DNA of 64,000 bases, from the IMG/VR virus record IMGVR_UViG_3300034072_001021, positions 195,141 to 259,140 of that record; one strand, written 5' to 3'. The notes beneath the pieces were generated by a model. It ran no database searches and was not told the origin of the DNA. It saw only the letters and a program-made list of their open reading frames with translations. The position numbers and the translations under genes are program-made. Positions 41,196 to 51,820 of the stretch are shown here, piece by piece (within the stretch, counting starts at the first letter, position 1; each line of letters opens with the position of its first letter).

Positions 41196-42920
41196 TTACG
41201 CCACGTTTTTCAGTTCATCATTGAACAGTTCGAGCAGTTCGAAAGGATCAGGTGCCTTCATGACTTCGGTCATGATCTCAATTGAGTTCACAGGCCCACC
41301 AGTCAAGTTAACACCCACCAACCGTTGTTTGCTAGGTGTCACACCTGCGATACGACACACCTCGTACATGGTGGTCATCTTCGACAGGTTCATGATGATC
41401 TCGCCGTTTGGATACGTCGAACCGATGTCGGCGTCGGACGTATAACGACGTACGAAACTGTGCACGGTGGGGAGGTCCCTTACCATGCAAATGCCATTTC
41501 GTTCCACACTGTGCGTTGGTAGTGTGACGATCCACTCATCCTTACCCAGCAGCAGGTTATCCAATTCATCGCTCATGCGATCGCTGAGAGTGCCTGCAAC
41601 CATGCCATCCTTAAGCATGTCGAAGTAGAACGCATTGACGTTACGCTTCGGGTTGGAGTTGAAGATACTGTACTCGGACGACTCAGACAGAATACTGATC
41701 TGAGTGTTGAGGTCGGTGACCTTCTCATCCAGCATTTCCACACTAATACAGTCGTATACGTTATAGACTACGTAGTTGACTTTGTAGTCCTTCTGCATCT
41801 GCATGTGCCATTCGACACTACCAGGGTGCGCAGACGAATCACCAGTAGGGAAGTAGAGTTTGCCCCATTCCTCACCTAAGTTCTTCTTCAGGATTGCATC
41901 CAGAGCGTAGCTAGGCTCCTTACCCTTAGCACGACGGATATTACGGTAAACCGCAGCCGAGTCAATCCAGATGTGCGAGGACGGAGTATCGACCACATGC
42001 CAACGGTCGTACCATGCCAAGTTCTCTGACTTACCGTCAGCTTTCACTTTCTGGTCAGGACCACGACGGTAATGGAAGTTACGGAACTCCCGTGGCACTG
42101 AAGGATCAGAGAAGACATCGGCCAGGTTGTAACCACCACGTTCCAGCTCACGGATCATGACGGTCATGTCGAAGTCCATGTTCCAGAAGCTAACGAAGTC
42201 AGGCTTCCAGTCATGGCATCGATCGATACACCGCTTGATCATATCGCCACCAGACTTCATGATGACGATCTCGAACTCCACGCCACGTGGTTTGACGATG
42301 TGACCTAGATACTGGTTCAGAGCGTTCTTGATGGTGTTGATCGGATCGGGAATACCTTCGATCCAGGTATCAAGAATAGTCACAACCGCCTTGTTCTTGA
42401 ACGTGACGGTCGAAATGATCACATCTTTACCGTCACCGTTCCACATGTCGGTTTCGGTGTCGAGTACGGCCACTTGGTTGTGCTTGAACAGACCTGGCCA
42501 TTTCTCTTGATACTGGCGCTTGATCAGTGTTGCAGGAGAGATGTCGGCACCGTAGATGTATTGATTACGGCACAGGGTCTTCAACTGCTGATTGGGGTTA
42601 CCATATCCCAGGCGCTTGACGATGCTCTTGTTCAGATCGCGCTGAGTGCTTTCGCACTTCAGTAGACGATCTTCATACTCGACTTCTTTTTTGTCGGTAT
42701 GGTTGCGGTATTTTTCTTTTGTGATCCAGAACGGCCGAGGGCGGTTCTTGTAGAAGCGTAGGCGTGGAACTGTAGTACCGTCTTTAAGGTGAACAATTTC
42801 CTTGACGGTTAGAAGGTCATCGGAGTCGTTGAGTGCATGTGTCGAGTAGATCGCGTGCTTACATTCAATTCCCAAAATGTCCTCTTGGGAGATCTTTGGT
42901 GCAACCGATGTTTCAGACAT
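41196..42920 (-). CDS. split family-B DNA polymerase subunit: 3'-5' exonuclease plus motif A (phiKZ gp82-like)
   Basis: ExoI VLDTETD, ExoII WNMDFD, ExoIII YNVYD, motif A DADIGSTYPN. Confidence 0.88.
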   Translation of the reverse strand: MSETSVAPKISQEDILGIECKHAIYSTHALNDSDDLLTVKEIVHLKDGTTVPRLRFYKNRPRPFWITKEKYRNHTDKKEVEYEDRLLKCESTQRDLNKSIVKRLGYGNPNQQLKTLCRNQYIYGADISPATLIKRQYQEKWPGLFKHNQVAVLDTETDMWNGDGKDVIISTVTFKNKAVVTILDTWIEGIPDPINTIKNALNQYLGHIVKPRGVEFEIVIMKSGGDMIKRCIDRCHDWKPDFVSFWNMDFDMTVMIRELERGGYNLADVFSDPSVPREFRNFHYRRGPDQKVKADGKSENLAWYDRWHVVDTPSSHIWIDSAAVYRNIRRAKGKEPSYALDAILKKNLGEEWGKLYFPTGDSSAHPGSVEWHMQMQKDYKVNYVVYNVYDCISVEMLDEKVTDLNTQISILSESSEYSIFNSNPKRNVNAFYFDMLKDGMVAGTLSDRMSDELDNLLLGKDEWIVTLPTHSVERNGICMVRDLPTVHSFVRRYTSDADIGSTYPNGEIIMNLSKMTTMYEVCRIAGVTPSKQRLVGVNLTGGPVNSIEIMTEVMKAPDPFELLELFNDELKNVA

Positions 42921-43047
42921 GTTCGTTCCTTTACAGAATTCTTTTCAGAGCTAAACCTCTAGGCAAATTATAATGCCGACCAGTAACAATTTACACCAAT
43001 CTCTATGATTGGTCCTTACGCCACACCCTCCATAAAGAGATTCTGTC

Positions 43048-44379
43048 ATGAACAAAGCCCTTCAGGCATCGATGGAAGCCATCGATTTTCAGCGTAACTC
43101 TACGCTGATTAAAGAACTCGCCATGCAGTTCGATTCGGCAATGAAAAATCCGACCACCGAAGTCATCAAATCGATCGCTCCGGCTCTCGAGAAGATTGCG
43201 AACAAGCACACTGGCATGAAGTTCCGCTTCAACTTCGTTCGTGGCGACGGACACAATGCTTTCGTTATCCCGCCACAAGCTGACCAGGCCAACCCCATGC
43301 GCCCTGATGCAGTCGCTGAGCGTGTTCGTCGACTGGGTCGTCCTGCTTCTGAACAAGAACTGTTCAAGGGCACTGTCGACATCAAGACGGGTAAGGTGAG
43401 CGGTATCTATTCCGAGATCCCGGTAGACATCTTCCTGGCTGTTGAATTCTTCAATGGTTCTCTGGGCCAGAATTTCAATGGCGAACACCTGGCTGCGATT
43501 ACCGCCCATGAAATGGGTCATGGTTTCGGTTATTTGCGTTATCTCGGTCAGATGGTGATCAGTAACGTGGTGGTCGCCGAGATTGCCCGTCGTCAACACG
43601 AAGGTACCGACAACAAGATCGTGCAAGAAGTCGTCAAGGTAGCCGAACAGAAGACTGGCTGGCGCCTGCGTGATCTGGGCACTATCAATCGTGATACCGA
43701 TCCTCTGGTCATCCAGCAGATCGTCATGGCAGGTATGGTCGAGAGCATTCGTTCCGAGATGGGAACCAAGTTCTACGATCGTCGTGCGTTCGAGTTCACA
43801 GCTGATCAGTTCGTGGCTCGTCATGGCGGTGCTGCTCTCATCGTAGAAGCTCTCGATGCGCTGTACAAGTACTATCCGGGCGGCATTCGCGAATATCGCG
43901 GTCGTACGTCGAACATCATGGCGTCAATCACTGGCTACTGCATGTTGCTCGTCAGCACTCTGGGTACTGGCGTCGGTGTAGCTGCCATGGGTCTCATCAA
44001 CCCAGTAGCGGGTGCCACACTGTTGATTTACAGTGTCCTGGGCGTCGTAGTCACACTCTTCGGTAACGTCGATGACGGTATCTATGACCCGATTCCCAAG
44101 CGATTCGCTGCCATGCGTCGTGAACTGATCGCTTCCTCCAAGGATCAGAACCTCACCACTGCTCAGCGCGCCGAAATCATTCGTCAGATCGAGTCTATCG
44201 ACAACATCCTGGACAAGATGACGGACAAGTCCTACTTCGGTCCGCAACTCATCGGCGAATGGCTGGTGGGTGTGTTCACAGGCCGTCCTGCTGAACAGAA
44301 GTTTCAACGTATGCTCGAAGAGCTGGTCAACAACCGCCTCTACGAAATGTCCAACAAACTCCAAGCTAAAACGGTGTAA
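43048..44379 (+). CDS. probable virion protein with zincin (HEXXH) motif and hydrophobic segments
   Basis: AITAHEMGHGF, EFTADQF, N-terminal ASME site. Confidence 0.8.
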   Translation: MNKALQASMEAIDFQRNSTLIKELAMQFDSAMKNPTTEVIKSIAPALEKIANKHTGMKFRFNFVRGDGHNAFVIPPQADQANPMRPDAVAERVRRLGRPASEQELFKGTVDIKTGKVSGIYSEIPVDIFLAVEFFNGSLGQNFNGEHLAAITAHEMGHGFGYLRYLGQMVISNVVVAEIARRQHEGTDNKIVQEVVKVAEQKTGWRLRDLGTINRDTDPLVIQQIVMAGMVESIRSEMGTKFYDRRAFEFTADQFVARHGGAALIVEALDALYKYYPGGIREYRGRTSNIMASITGYCMLLVSTLGTGVGVAAMGLINPVAGATLLIYSVLGVVVTLFGNVDDGIYDPIPKRFAAMRRELIASSKDQNLTTAQRAEIIRQIESIDNILDKMTDKSYFGPQLIGEWLVGVFTGRPAEQKFQRMLEELVNNRLYEMSNKLQAKTV

Positions 44380-44381
44380 GC

Positions 44382-44816
44382 ATGAACATCCAGAAACTGC
44401 TGCAAATCCTCGATACCTGCGAGAAGCCCGAACTGCGTAAGGCTTTCCTGGAATCGACCCTGGCCATCGAGCTGGGCTACTCGGTGACCTTGCCTTCTTC
44501 CAAAGTGGAATCGGTGGTGGCTTATTTCGAGCAGTTCCATGCCGAAGCTGTCAAGCGTGTCATCGGCGAAATGAACGAGATGTATCCGATCGCCGTGAAC
44601 GTGGTGTACAACATGGCTGTGGACGTGTTCCGCAACCGCTACGCCATCTGCCACGAGCCGATGCTCCTGAGCTGTGAAGACATCGCCGCTCAACTGTCCC
44701 GCCCGGCCTTCGCTGCATCGGTAGATGCTGCACATGCTGAAGCTGTCCTGTGCAAGAACTCCTCGCTCCTGCGCAGTGACATCGGCCAGTTCATCCGCCG
44801 GTTCATCACTCAGTAA
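44382..44816 (+). CDS. hypothetical (probable virion) protein, 144 aa
   Basis: Co-transcribed within the structural cluster. Confidence 0.75.
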   Translation: MNIQKLLQILDTCEKPELRKAFLESTLAIELGYSVTLPSSKVESVVAYFEQFHAEAVKRVIGEMNEMYPIAVNVVYNMAVDVFRNRYAICHEPMLLSCEDIAAQLSRPAFAASVDAAHAEAVLCKNSSLLRSDIGQFIRRFITQ

Positions 44817-44864
44817 TAGCCGTGTAGGGGAGCTAAGGCTCCCCTGCCTATTTGGAGATTGTCA

Positions 44865-46274
44865 ATGGACATGGTTTCTGAAAGCGGTGCTATCACCGAT
44901 GTGAATGAAATTGCTGCAGCACTAGGATTGACCCCGGAAGTGATCAAGGCCGAAGACGAAGCCGTTATGGCTACTTCGCTCGAAGATCTCCTCGAGGCAA
45001 TCAACCAGACAGAGGAAATGGTTGCTGGTGAAGATGTCGATATCGACGTTCTTACTCCAGCCATGGAATCCATCCTCAATATCGCAAACGAAATCCAAGG
45101 CGCTGGCGCTATCTCCCGTGCTGACGCTATCACTCTTCGTCAGATGACCACTTCTCTCGAAGGGTTCCAGGATCTGTTTGCAACGATGCCGATGAACTCC
45201 TTCACCGAAATGCCATCGAAGGTAAACTTCGATGCATCGATGGAAGGCATCTTCGGTGACATCGGCCGCAAGATCGTAGAGTTCGTTAAAGCTATCGTTA
45301 AATGGCTGCGTGAACGTGCTAAGGCGTTCATCGGGTTTTTCCGGAGTAACCGCGTCAAGGTTAAACAGACCGAAGAAGCGGCAAAGAAAGTAGACGACGC
45401 GCTTGAGGCATCGGTTAAAGCAATGAAAGCCACTTCCAGCGAGATCGATGAGATTCTGGCAAGTGGTTTGTTCACTGCGTCTGCTAATGCTCAGGCTGCC
45501 GACAACATCAGCAAGACAGCTGAATCGCTCCGTGCACAACGTGCTCAGTTCGATGAACTCCGTCGTAAGCTCGGTGAGAAGAACGTTGGCGGCTGGGCAA
45601 ACGGTGTTAAGGCCCGTACTCAGGCAAGTTCGTTCCAGCTCGATGTACCGATGTTGGCTACATCCCTGGCATACGGTTCTCGTTCGGGTGGCGTTGCTCA
45701 TGCGGTATTGTCCCTCCAACTCATCGCTATGAAACTTGGTCGCAATGCGATCGACTCGACTAAGAACGACGTAGCGCCAGGGCTGATCGAGGACATCGTA
45801 GCTCTGGACAAGAAGCTGTTCGAAGAAAGCAAACTCACTAAACCAGACAACACAGTGGACAGTGTGGCAAAAGCCATCAGGGACATTGTCTCTCGGCTAC
45901 GTGAAGAAGCTGCTGATGTTGACGTGTTGACTGTAAGTGATCCGGAAAATGAAATCCGAAAAATCATCTCGTCTTTCAACACAGCTCAACTGTCCGGCAA
46001 AACAGACACCATGGGCAAAGCAGTTATCACTTCTTCTGAAGCAGCCAACAAGCGCATCACTGCTCTTGAGGCAGAGATCATCAAGGCAAACAATGCTGGC
46101 GAGAAGCTGGTTGAAAACGATGAGCGGATTGTTCAAGTCCGTCGTCTGAAAACCATCGTCAAGTCATTCGAGGACGTTGAGTATATCTTCACTTCGATCA
46201 TGGCGGCGTTTGCTAAGGTAACCACCATCGGTGGTAATCTGGCTAAGAACCCCGGTTCTGCAAAAGCAGCATAA
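44865..46274 (+). CDS. internal head protein with acidic propeptide
   Basis: SLE, SME, SLE and ASMEG sites precede the helical mature domain. Confidence 0.8.
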   Translation: MDMVSESGAITDVNEIAAALGLTPEVIKAEDEAVMATSLEDLLEAINQTEEMVAGEDVDIDVLTPAMESILNIANEIQGAGAISRADAITLRQMTTSLEGFQDLFATMPMNSFTEMPSKVNFDASMEGIFGDIGRKIVEFVKAIVKWLRERAKAFIGFFRSNRVKVKQTEEAAKKVDDALEASVKAMKATSSEIDEILASGLFTASANAQAADNISKTAESLRAQRAQFDELRRKLGEKNVGGWANGVKARTQASSFQLDVPMLATSLAYGSRSGGVAHAVLSLQLIAMKLGRNAIDSTKNDVAPGLIEDIVALDKKLFEESKLTKPDNTVDSVAKAIRDIVSRLREEAADVDVLTVSDPENEIRKIISSFNTAQLSGKTDTMGKAVITSSEAANKRITALEAEIIKANNAGEKLVENDERIVQVRRLKTIVKSFEDVEYIFTSIMAAFAKVTTIGGNLAKNPGSAKAA

Positions 46275-46276
46275 AG

Positions 46277-46310
46277 GCATAGAGAGCAGCCCTAGGGCTG
46301 CTCTCTATGC
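46277..46310. terminator. bidirectional hairpin terminator
   Basis: GCATAGAGAGCAGCCC-TA-GGGCTGCTCTCTATGC. Confidence 0.85.
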
Positions 46311-46312
46311 TG

Positions 46313-49231
46313 TTACACCGAGTGTGCGTAGAAGTCGATCTCGATACTGTCTTCGACACCGTAGGTGGCGTTAGGTAGCGCTACCAGCTTCTTCGCAATG
46401 CACAGGCGAGACGACTCGTCAGCCATGGAGATCAGATCGTAGTTACGACTGCCGCCAAGGTTCTTCAGAGTCACACCCAGTACATCGGTACCCATCACTT
46501 CCTTCAACTTGGTTTCAAGACCGTTGCGGGTCACTTGAAGCTCCTTGAATTCAGCAGTGATGGTCTTACGAGTGCTACGACGAATCTCTTCTTTCAGTGC
46601 CTCGTTTTGAAGCACAGACGGAGTGACGTAGTACTTGATCTCCAGGTGTTGACCAGCCTGGATATTGGTCTCGACGCTCTCATCAACAATCGCCTTGACC
46701 AGACCCACAGTCGCTTTCGGATGGAACCACAGAATGGTGTTCTCCAGGAGCTTATCGCGGATTGGTTTCAGAGTGATGTTTACCCATTCAACGATCTGGT
46801 CAGGAACTGTGTCCTTGTATTCCAGGTCAGTTTGGGTGTTGACGAAGTAGTAGACGCCGTCCAACAGGCAAAGTTCCACTTGACGCAGGACTGCCCGTGG
46901 AGATGCAACGATCGGAGCACCATTCTGAAGAATGATGTCGCCACGGCGATGCAGGTAAACCACCTGGTCGTTCTCGATCACCGTTTCTCCTACACGGTGT
47001 TCGTAAACGATGTACGGCTTGTCGTCCTGATCGCGTTCGATCACGATGGCGCCCGTTTCCGGATCGCGTGCAGGGATATTGCTGGTGTAGATCATCGGTA
47101 CATCTTCATCGTACCGCAAGTACTGCTCTTCACCCACAGTCGAACGAGCACGTGCCCACAGACCATCGAGAGAAGAACCCAGCTTCAGAGTTACCTGTTC
47201 GTGGTAGAGACCAGTGACCTCAGTACCAATCAGGAACTTGCCCATGTCGTTGTCAATGGTGGTTTCTTGACCATCTTCCACGACTGTGTTATCCACACCG
47301 TAGAAGATATCGAAGACTGTGCTCATCTTGGCAGGATACGGATGAGGTGCAACACCTTCACCTTCGAACCCGTCCAGATAAACGTAGTCATTCGAATCAA
47401 CATCCCAAGTCGAACCAAACTGGAACTCGAAGATCCATTCCTTGCTTTCGATGTCACGACCCACCAGATTACCGTTGAGATAAACTCGTGACACTTCACC
47501 CGGAGGAACGTAAGCCAGCTGAGCTACGAGAGCATCATCTTCCAGATCTTTAAGGGTATCAGTGCTGTCGGTCATGACCTGCAGTGCCCAACCATTCTCA
47601 GTCCGAATGAACCGATGAGTGTTGGTGCTCACGCCCACCCCCAGTGTCCCGTTGTCCGTCACGAAGAACCGACGCGTGATCTCTGGAGAGCCGAAGTAGT
47701 ACGGCCGTACTTTGAACACGTTGTTGGTGATGTCGTAAACGTAATGGAACGGAGTGTAGAAGTAGTTGTGATTGCGGACATTGTCGATCAGCAAGTCACT
47801 TGGCAACGACATGATCGTATTTCGCGATTCACGATCAACAATCGACAGATAACCACCTTCGTCCTTGTACAGAGTCGAAGGCAGGATGGTGATGCGTTGA
47901 CCGTTGTCCATCACGTCTGCCATGGACAGAATTTCAGAGATGGATTTATTCAGCGGTACGACGTTGGCACCAATGCCGGTCGAGATCTCTTTGATGTCGG
48001 GGATCGGAAGTTCCCGACTGGCAGCGTAGAGACGATTGGTGACGTTGTCGATGTCAGTCACGCAGCTGAACCCAGCATCTGTCAGTCGATCCAGTTGAGT
48101 CTGGATCTGCACATTGGTGATCGGGATCTCGATGTTACCGAGAGCGTTGTTGATCACCCGCTGCTTCAGCTTCTCGAAGCTGATGGCGTTACTACCACCG
48201 GTGGCAGGAAGACCTGCAAGGAAGTAGCTACTAACCATACGCGACGTGGGGCCTGTGTATTTGCCGTTGTCGTCGTTATCGTAGTCGAGATACTCAACCG
48301 TGAACATGTCGGCGCTGTAGCCCTGCACAGCGAGTTCTAGAGCCCCTTTGGAGCTGTAGATATCGATCCGCAGGGCACGGTTCACCAGGCCATTACTGAA
48401 ATACACCTGAGGCACACTGACGTTCAGTTCACCAGCATTATTCAGCTGCAAAACAGCAGTCGGTGTGTACGGGTCATAGACCTGATCACTGTGCGTGGTC
48501 TTGATCTCTTTCCACTTACCGTTGGCTTCCATGTGATAGACACGGCAGTAGTAGAACGAGTCGTTGAACGCGTACGACTTGCTGAAGACCTTGGCTGCAG
48601 ACAGTTGAGCTGTGTAGCTCTTCATGTCCAACTGAACGACCGGAACTTCCATCTGGATGAATTCACGACGTTCACTGTTGTAGTTGACGATGTTCCAATT
48701 GACGTTGTTCGTCTCCAACTGTTTCATCGGACTCGGCTTCGAGTTGTCGAACACGATCTGCATACCGCCGTGAGGCATCACACGGACTTCGATCGGATAC
48801 AGCGACATGAAAGGGACACCACCTGCCCAGACCTTGGTGTGACGAGGGATGACAATCTTCTTCATCCCAGCTTCACCAGTCTCGACTGCCTTGGCCATCA
48901 ACTCTTCCTTGTCATAGACCATGAGGATCTCACTGGTCGACGGAGAGGAGAAGACGTTCAGGTAATCGACATCGCTCATGTGACGATACAGTTCTTCACG
49001 GGACATGGCCAGTTCAGGGTACTGTACACGATTGAGGAACTCGTCCTTACGGGCTACGTTAGCGAACAACGTAGCTGAGAATTCCATCAGGTAAGCGAAG
49101 GCGTTGTTGGAGTCCACGATCTGAACTTCATTGTTGGTGATGGTCTCGACGTATTCGATACCTGCACCAAAGATGGACATCGGATTGAGCTTCGCCTGCT
49201 CGATCATCTCGTCCAATTGACGTCTTGACAT
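46313..49231 (-). CDS. large virion structural protein, probable baseplate (phiKZ gp87-like)
   Basis: 972 aa, beta-rich; counter-oriented pair typical of this cluster. Confidence 0.75.
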   Translation of the reverse strand: MSRRQLDEMIEQAKLNPMSIFGAGIEYVETITNNEVQIVDSNNAFAYLMEFSATLFANVARKDEFLNRVQYPELAMSREELYRHMSDVDYLNVFSSPSTSEILMVYDKEELMAKAVETGEAGMKKIVIPRHTKVWAGGVPFMSLYPIEVRVMPHGGMQIVFDNSKPSPMKQLETNNVNWNIVNYNSERREFIQMEVPVVQLDMKSYTAQLSAAKVFSKSYAFNDSFYYCRVYHMEANGKWKEIKTTHSDQVYDPYTPTAVLQLNNAGELNVSVPQVYFSNGLVNRALRIDIYSSKGALELAVQGYSADMFTVEYLDYDNDDNGKYTGPTSRMVSSYFLAGLPATGGSNAISFEKLKQRVINNALGNIEIPITNVQIQTQLDRLTDAGFSCVTDIDNVTNRLYAASRELPIPDIKEISTGIGANVVPLNKSISEILSMADVMDNGQRITILPSTLYKDEGGYLSIVDRESRNTIMSLPSDLLIDNVRNHNYFYTPFHYVYDITNNVFKVRPYYFGSPEITRRFFVTDNGTLGVGVSTNTHRFIRTENGWALQVMTDSTDTLKDLEDDALVAQLAYVPPGEVSRVYLNGNLVGRDIESKEWIFEFQFGSTWDVDSNDYVYLDGFEGEGVAPHPYPAKMSTVFDIFYGVDNTVVEDGQETTIDNDMGKFLIGTEVTGLYHEQVTLKLGSSLDGLWARARSTVGEEQYLRYDEDVPMIYTSNIPARDPETGAIVIERDQDDKPYIVYEHRVGETVIENDQVVYLHRRGDIILQNGAPIVASPRAVLRQVELCLLDGVYYFVNTQTDLEYKDTVPDQIVEWVNITLKPIRDKLLENTILWFHPKATVGLVKAIVDESVETNIQAGQHLEIKYYVTPSVLQNEALKEEIRRSTRKTITAEFKELQVTRNGLETKLKEVMGTDVLGVTLKNLGGSRNYDLISMADESSRLCIAKKLVALPNATYGVEDSIEIDFYAHSV

Positions 49232-49243
49232 GAGTCACTCCAA

Positions 49244-50467
49244 TTAAACAGTTGTGGCCGTAGTGGTGGTCTGAGCTGTGGTTTCTTCGGCCATCATCGT
49301 GTTAGGAAGTTTGGGGCCGTCTGCAGGATACGCTTTGGTGAACACCCCTTTACGGATGCTCTCGTATTCTGACTTAGGAATCCACCATTCCAGCTCGTTG
49401 TCATTCATCATGTTGATCCAAGGAAAACCCTTATAGTTAAAAAGCTTCCTTTCGTCTGATGGAATCTTGACCATCGCTTTCTGGCGCTGTCCATCGCCCA
49501 TGTCCGGATTGAACATGACGACGACTTTATTGAACTCCCACAGGGTTATGGGGTCGTTGTATTCTGCAACTGTACATTCAAATGTTGTTTGTACAGATTT
49601 GTTGTTTTCGTTGTAGGGGTTGTCACGCTGGTAGTTGAACGACGTACCCATGGAAAGACCCACTGGCATTGCCGCGCCACACGCAGCCCACTTCTGAACG
49701 AACTTGCCAGACCAGTCCATCGAGAAACGATAGATGCGGGTCATGTAATCAATTTCATTCTGGACGATGTTGTAACCGGCAGGCAGAATCTTGGTGCCCA
49801 GGTACACACCCCCTATGTAAAGAAGCCACGTAAATAGCGTCAATGATATAGGGTCACCTAGTGTGTTTTCAAAGGTACAGTCCAGTGAAAAACGACCATT
49901 GATCTCAGCAATTGAGTCGTTCATCATCCACACTTCCTTGGCCATACCTTCGTTGGTAGAGTATGCATGGAGTGTCAGATCGGGCCACCCGGACATGTTG
50001 GTCAGGGTGTTGCTGAGAAGCGGCATAAAAGCTTGTTTGTTGTCGAAGATCTGATTGTCTTTAGGAGACTCATCACGATCATCCCAGCCATCCGGCCAGA
50101 GCATCCGACGGACGATTCGTCCGTAAGAATCGGGCTTGGAATTGGCCAAAACTGTCAATTGACGCATCGCCATGATGTTATCGTATGACAGGTTCAAATT
50201 TGGACGTGTAAAGAACGTCAAACCCTGCATGTCAGTGTTAGCGGGAACGGCACTGCCTTGCTGAGTTCTGTTGTACCCTCCAAGCAAATCTTGGAACCTT
50301 GAACCAAAGGCGCCGCTGCCTTGTTCTCTGGTGAGCCGGCTCATTAACGCATTATCACCATCGAAGCCACCATTCTTAGCGATGGTGTCTAGGATTTTGA
50401 GCATGCCGTTACCGAGCGTATCATCGCCCTGGTTACCGGTTTTAACCTTGAAATACTCACTCATCAC
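49244..50467 (-). CDS. virion structural protein, tube/baseplate-like (phiKZ gp88-like)
   Basis: 407 aa; FFTRPNLNL motif; synteny. Confidence 0.72.
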   Translation of the reverse strand: MMSEYFKVKTGNQGDDTLGNGMLKILDTIAKNGGFDGDNALMSRLTREQGSGAFGSRFQDLLGGYNRTQQGSAVPANTDMQGLTFFTRPNLNLSYDNIMAMRQLTVLANSKPDSYGRIVRRMLWPDGWDDRDESPKDNQIFDNKQAFMPLLSNTLTNMSGWPDLTLHAYSTNEGMAKEVWMMNDSIAEINGRFSLDCTFENTLGDPISLTLFTWLLYIGGVYLGTKILPAGYNIVQNEIDYMTRIYRFSMDWSGKFVQKWAACGAAMPVGLSMGTSFNYQRDNPYNENNKSVQTTFECTVAEYNDPITLWEFNKVVVMFNPDMGDGQRQKAMVKIPSDERKLFNYKGFPWINMMNDNELEWWIPKSEYESIRKGVFTKAYPADGPKLPNTMMAEETTAQTTTTATTV

Positions 50468-50493
50468 ACTGTACCTTAAATAAGGAACTTTCC

Positions 50494-51792
50494 ATGAAAT
50501 CGACAGTCTCTAACGAGGGCCTGGTCCTCGGCGGGGTTTTGGCCAAAGGTGCCATTAGTGTGGCTGGAGGCCTGCTCGTTAAATACGGCCCTCAAATAGC
50601 CAAGACCATTGCTGAAAAGGTTACCGACATCGCCGGTACCAAAGCAATTGAACGGGCTAAAGAACAACTGGCCAATAGCAACGGAGTGGGTTCCGATCTC
50701 GTTCGCTTCACACAATCTGCACGAGTTGAGCCGATTCTTCTGATGGACAAGAACGCAGTCAACGTACCGTTCATTCAGGACGTGGTACACACTGCCTTCA
50801 ATATGTTCACCGGCTACTGGCTGTTGGCGGTTTCGCTCGATGCCAAGATCAACGGCATTTCCGTCGGTCGTCGTCTGGACAAGTTTGCCACTGATCGTTC
50901 GCTGGGCGATGCCACGCTTACCATGCTCACCGAGAGTACTGGTTTCGGTAAAACATCGATGGAAAGTTTCGGTCTTCCGTTCATTGAAGAGATTCTTCAA
51001 GAAGAAACTGCATCGATGGAAGCAGTCGAAGACAAGGCAATGGCCGAAGCTGCCGAAGCTGCCGCTGAGCTTGCAGGTGAGAAGAAAGAAGAAGAAAACA
51101 AAATCACTGGTGGTACTGGTGTAACCAACGCTGCCAAGTATGTCGAGAAGATCACCAACCTGGCTGTTGGTAGCGTCATCGACGTATCGATCAAGGAAGA
51201 TGGTAAGGAAGCCGTCGTTCCGGTAACCATTCGTCTGCGTGTCGCTGGCATGCCGTCCGACGTCATGGTTCAGACCCTGGCTGTAGGTGGTAAGGACGTT
51301 ACCTTCCGTAGCCGCTGGCGCGCCTGGCGTGCTGGTGAGATCGGTTTCTGGTCTGACTTCGTTCTGGCCATGGATCGTGTTGACGCTCACCGCGCTGCCA
51401 TGATGAAGGATGAGACCGGCTACTACAAGGCCGTGTATGGTCGTGCGACCAACAACCAACTGACCCAGGAAATCCTGAAGAACGGCCCATCCCTGTCGAC
51501 TGCCAGCTCCATCATCGTGATGACTGAGCAGACTGCCAAGGATCTGGAACGTCGCATCAGCGGTGAACTGAAGAACTTCAAGACCCGCCAGGGTATCTTC
51601 GGTCACACCTACTCGATGCTCATGATCATCGTCGATCCTGACTGGGAGTCGGTCACCATCTACACCCGTGGTATCGAAATGCCGACCAAGCTGACTGCTC
51701 GGGACATCAAGACTGCCGGCAAGTCCGACAGTAAAGAACTGATGGAAATCCTCAAGAGCTACCAGCTGGGCCGCGCTCCGGGCCGGTTCTGA
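50494..51792 (+). CDS. inner-body/head protein (phiKZ gp89-like)
   Basis: 432 aa; SNE and SME sites; synteny. Confidence 0.72.
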   Translation: MKSTVSNEGLVLGGVLAKGAISVAGGLLVKYGPQIAKTIAEKVTDIAGTKAIERAKEQLANSNGVGSDLVRFTQSARVEPILLMDKNAVNVPFIQDVVHTAFNMFTGYWLLAVSLDAKINGISVGRRLDKFATDRSLGDATLTMLTESTGFGKTSMESFGLPFIEEILQEETASMEAVEDKAMAEAAEAAAELAGEKKEEENKITGGTGVTNAAKYVEKITNLAVGSVIDVSIKEDGKEAVVPVTIRLRVAGMPSDVMVQTLAVGGKDVTFRSRWRAWRAGEIGFWSDFVLAMDRVDAHRAAMMKDETGYYKAVYGRATNNQLTQEILKNGPSLSTASSIIVMTEQTAKDLERRISGELKNFKTRQGIFGHTYSMLMIIVDPDWESVTIYTRGIEMPTKLTARDIKTAGKSDSKELMEILKSYQLGRAPGRF

Positions 51793-51820
51793 TCCCTCTC
51801 TCATTAGGAAATAAGAGAAA

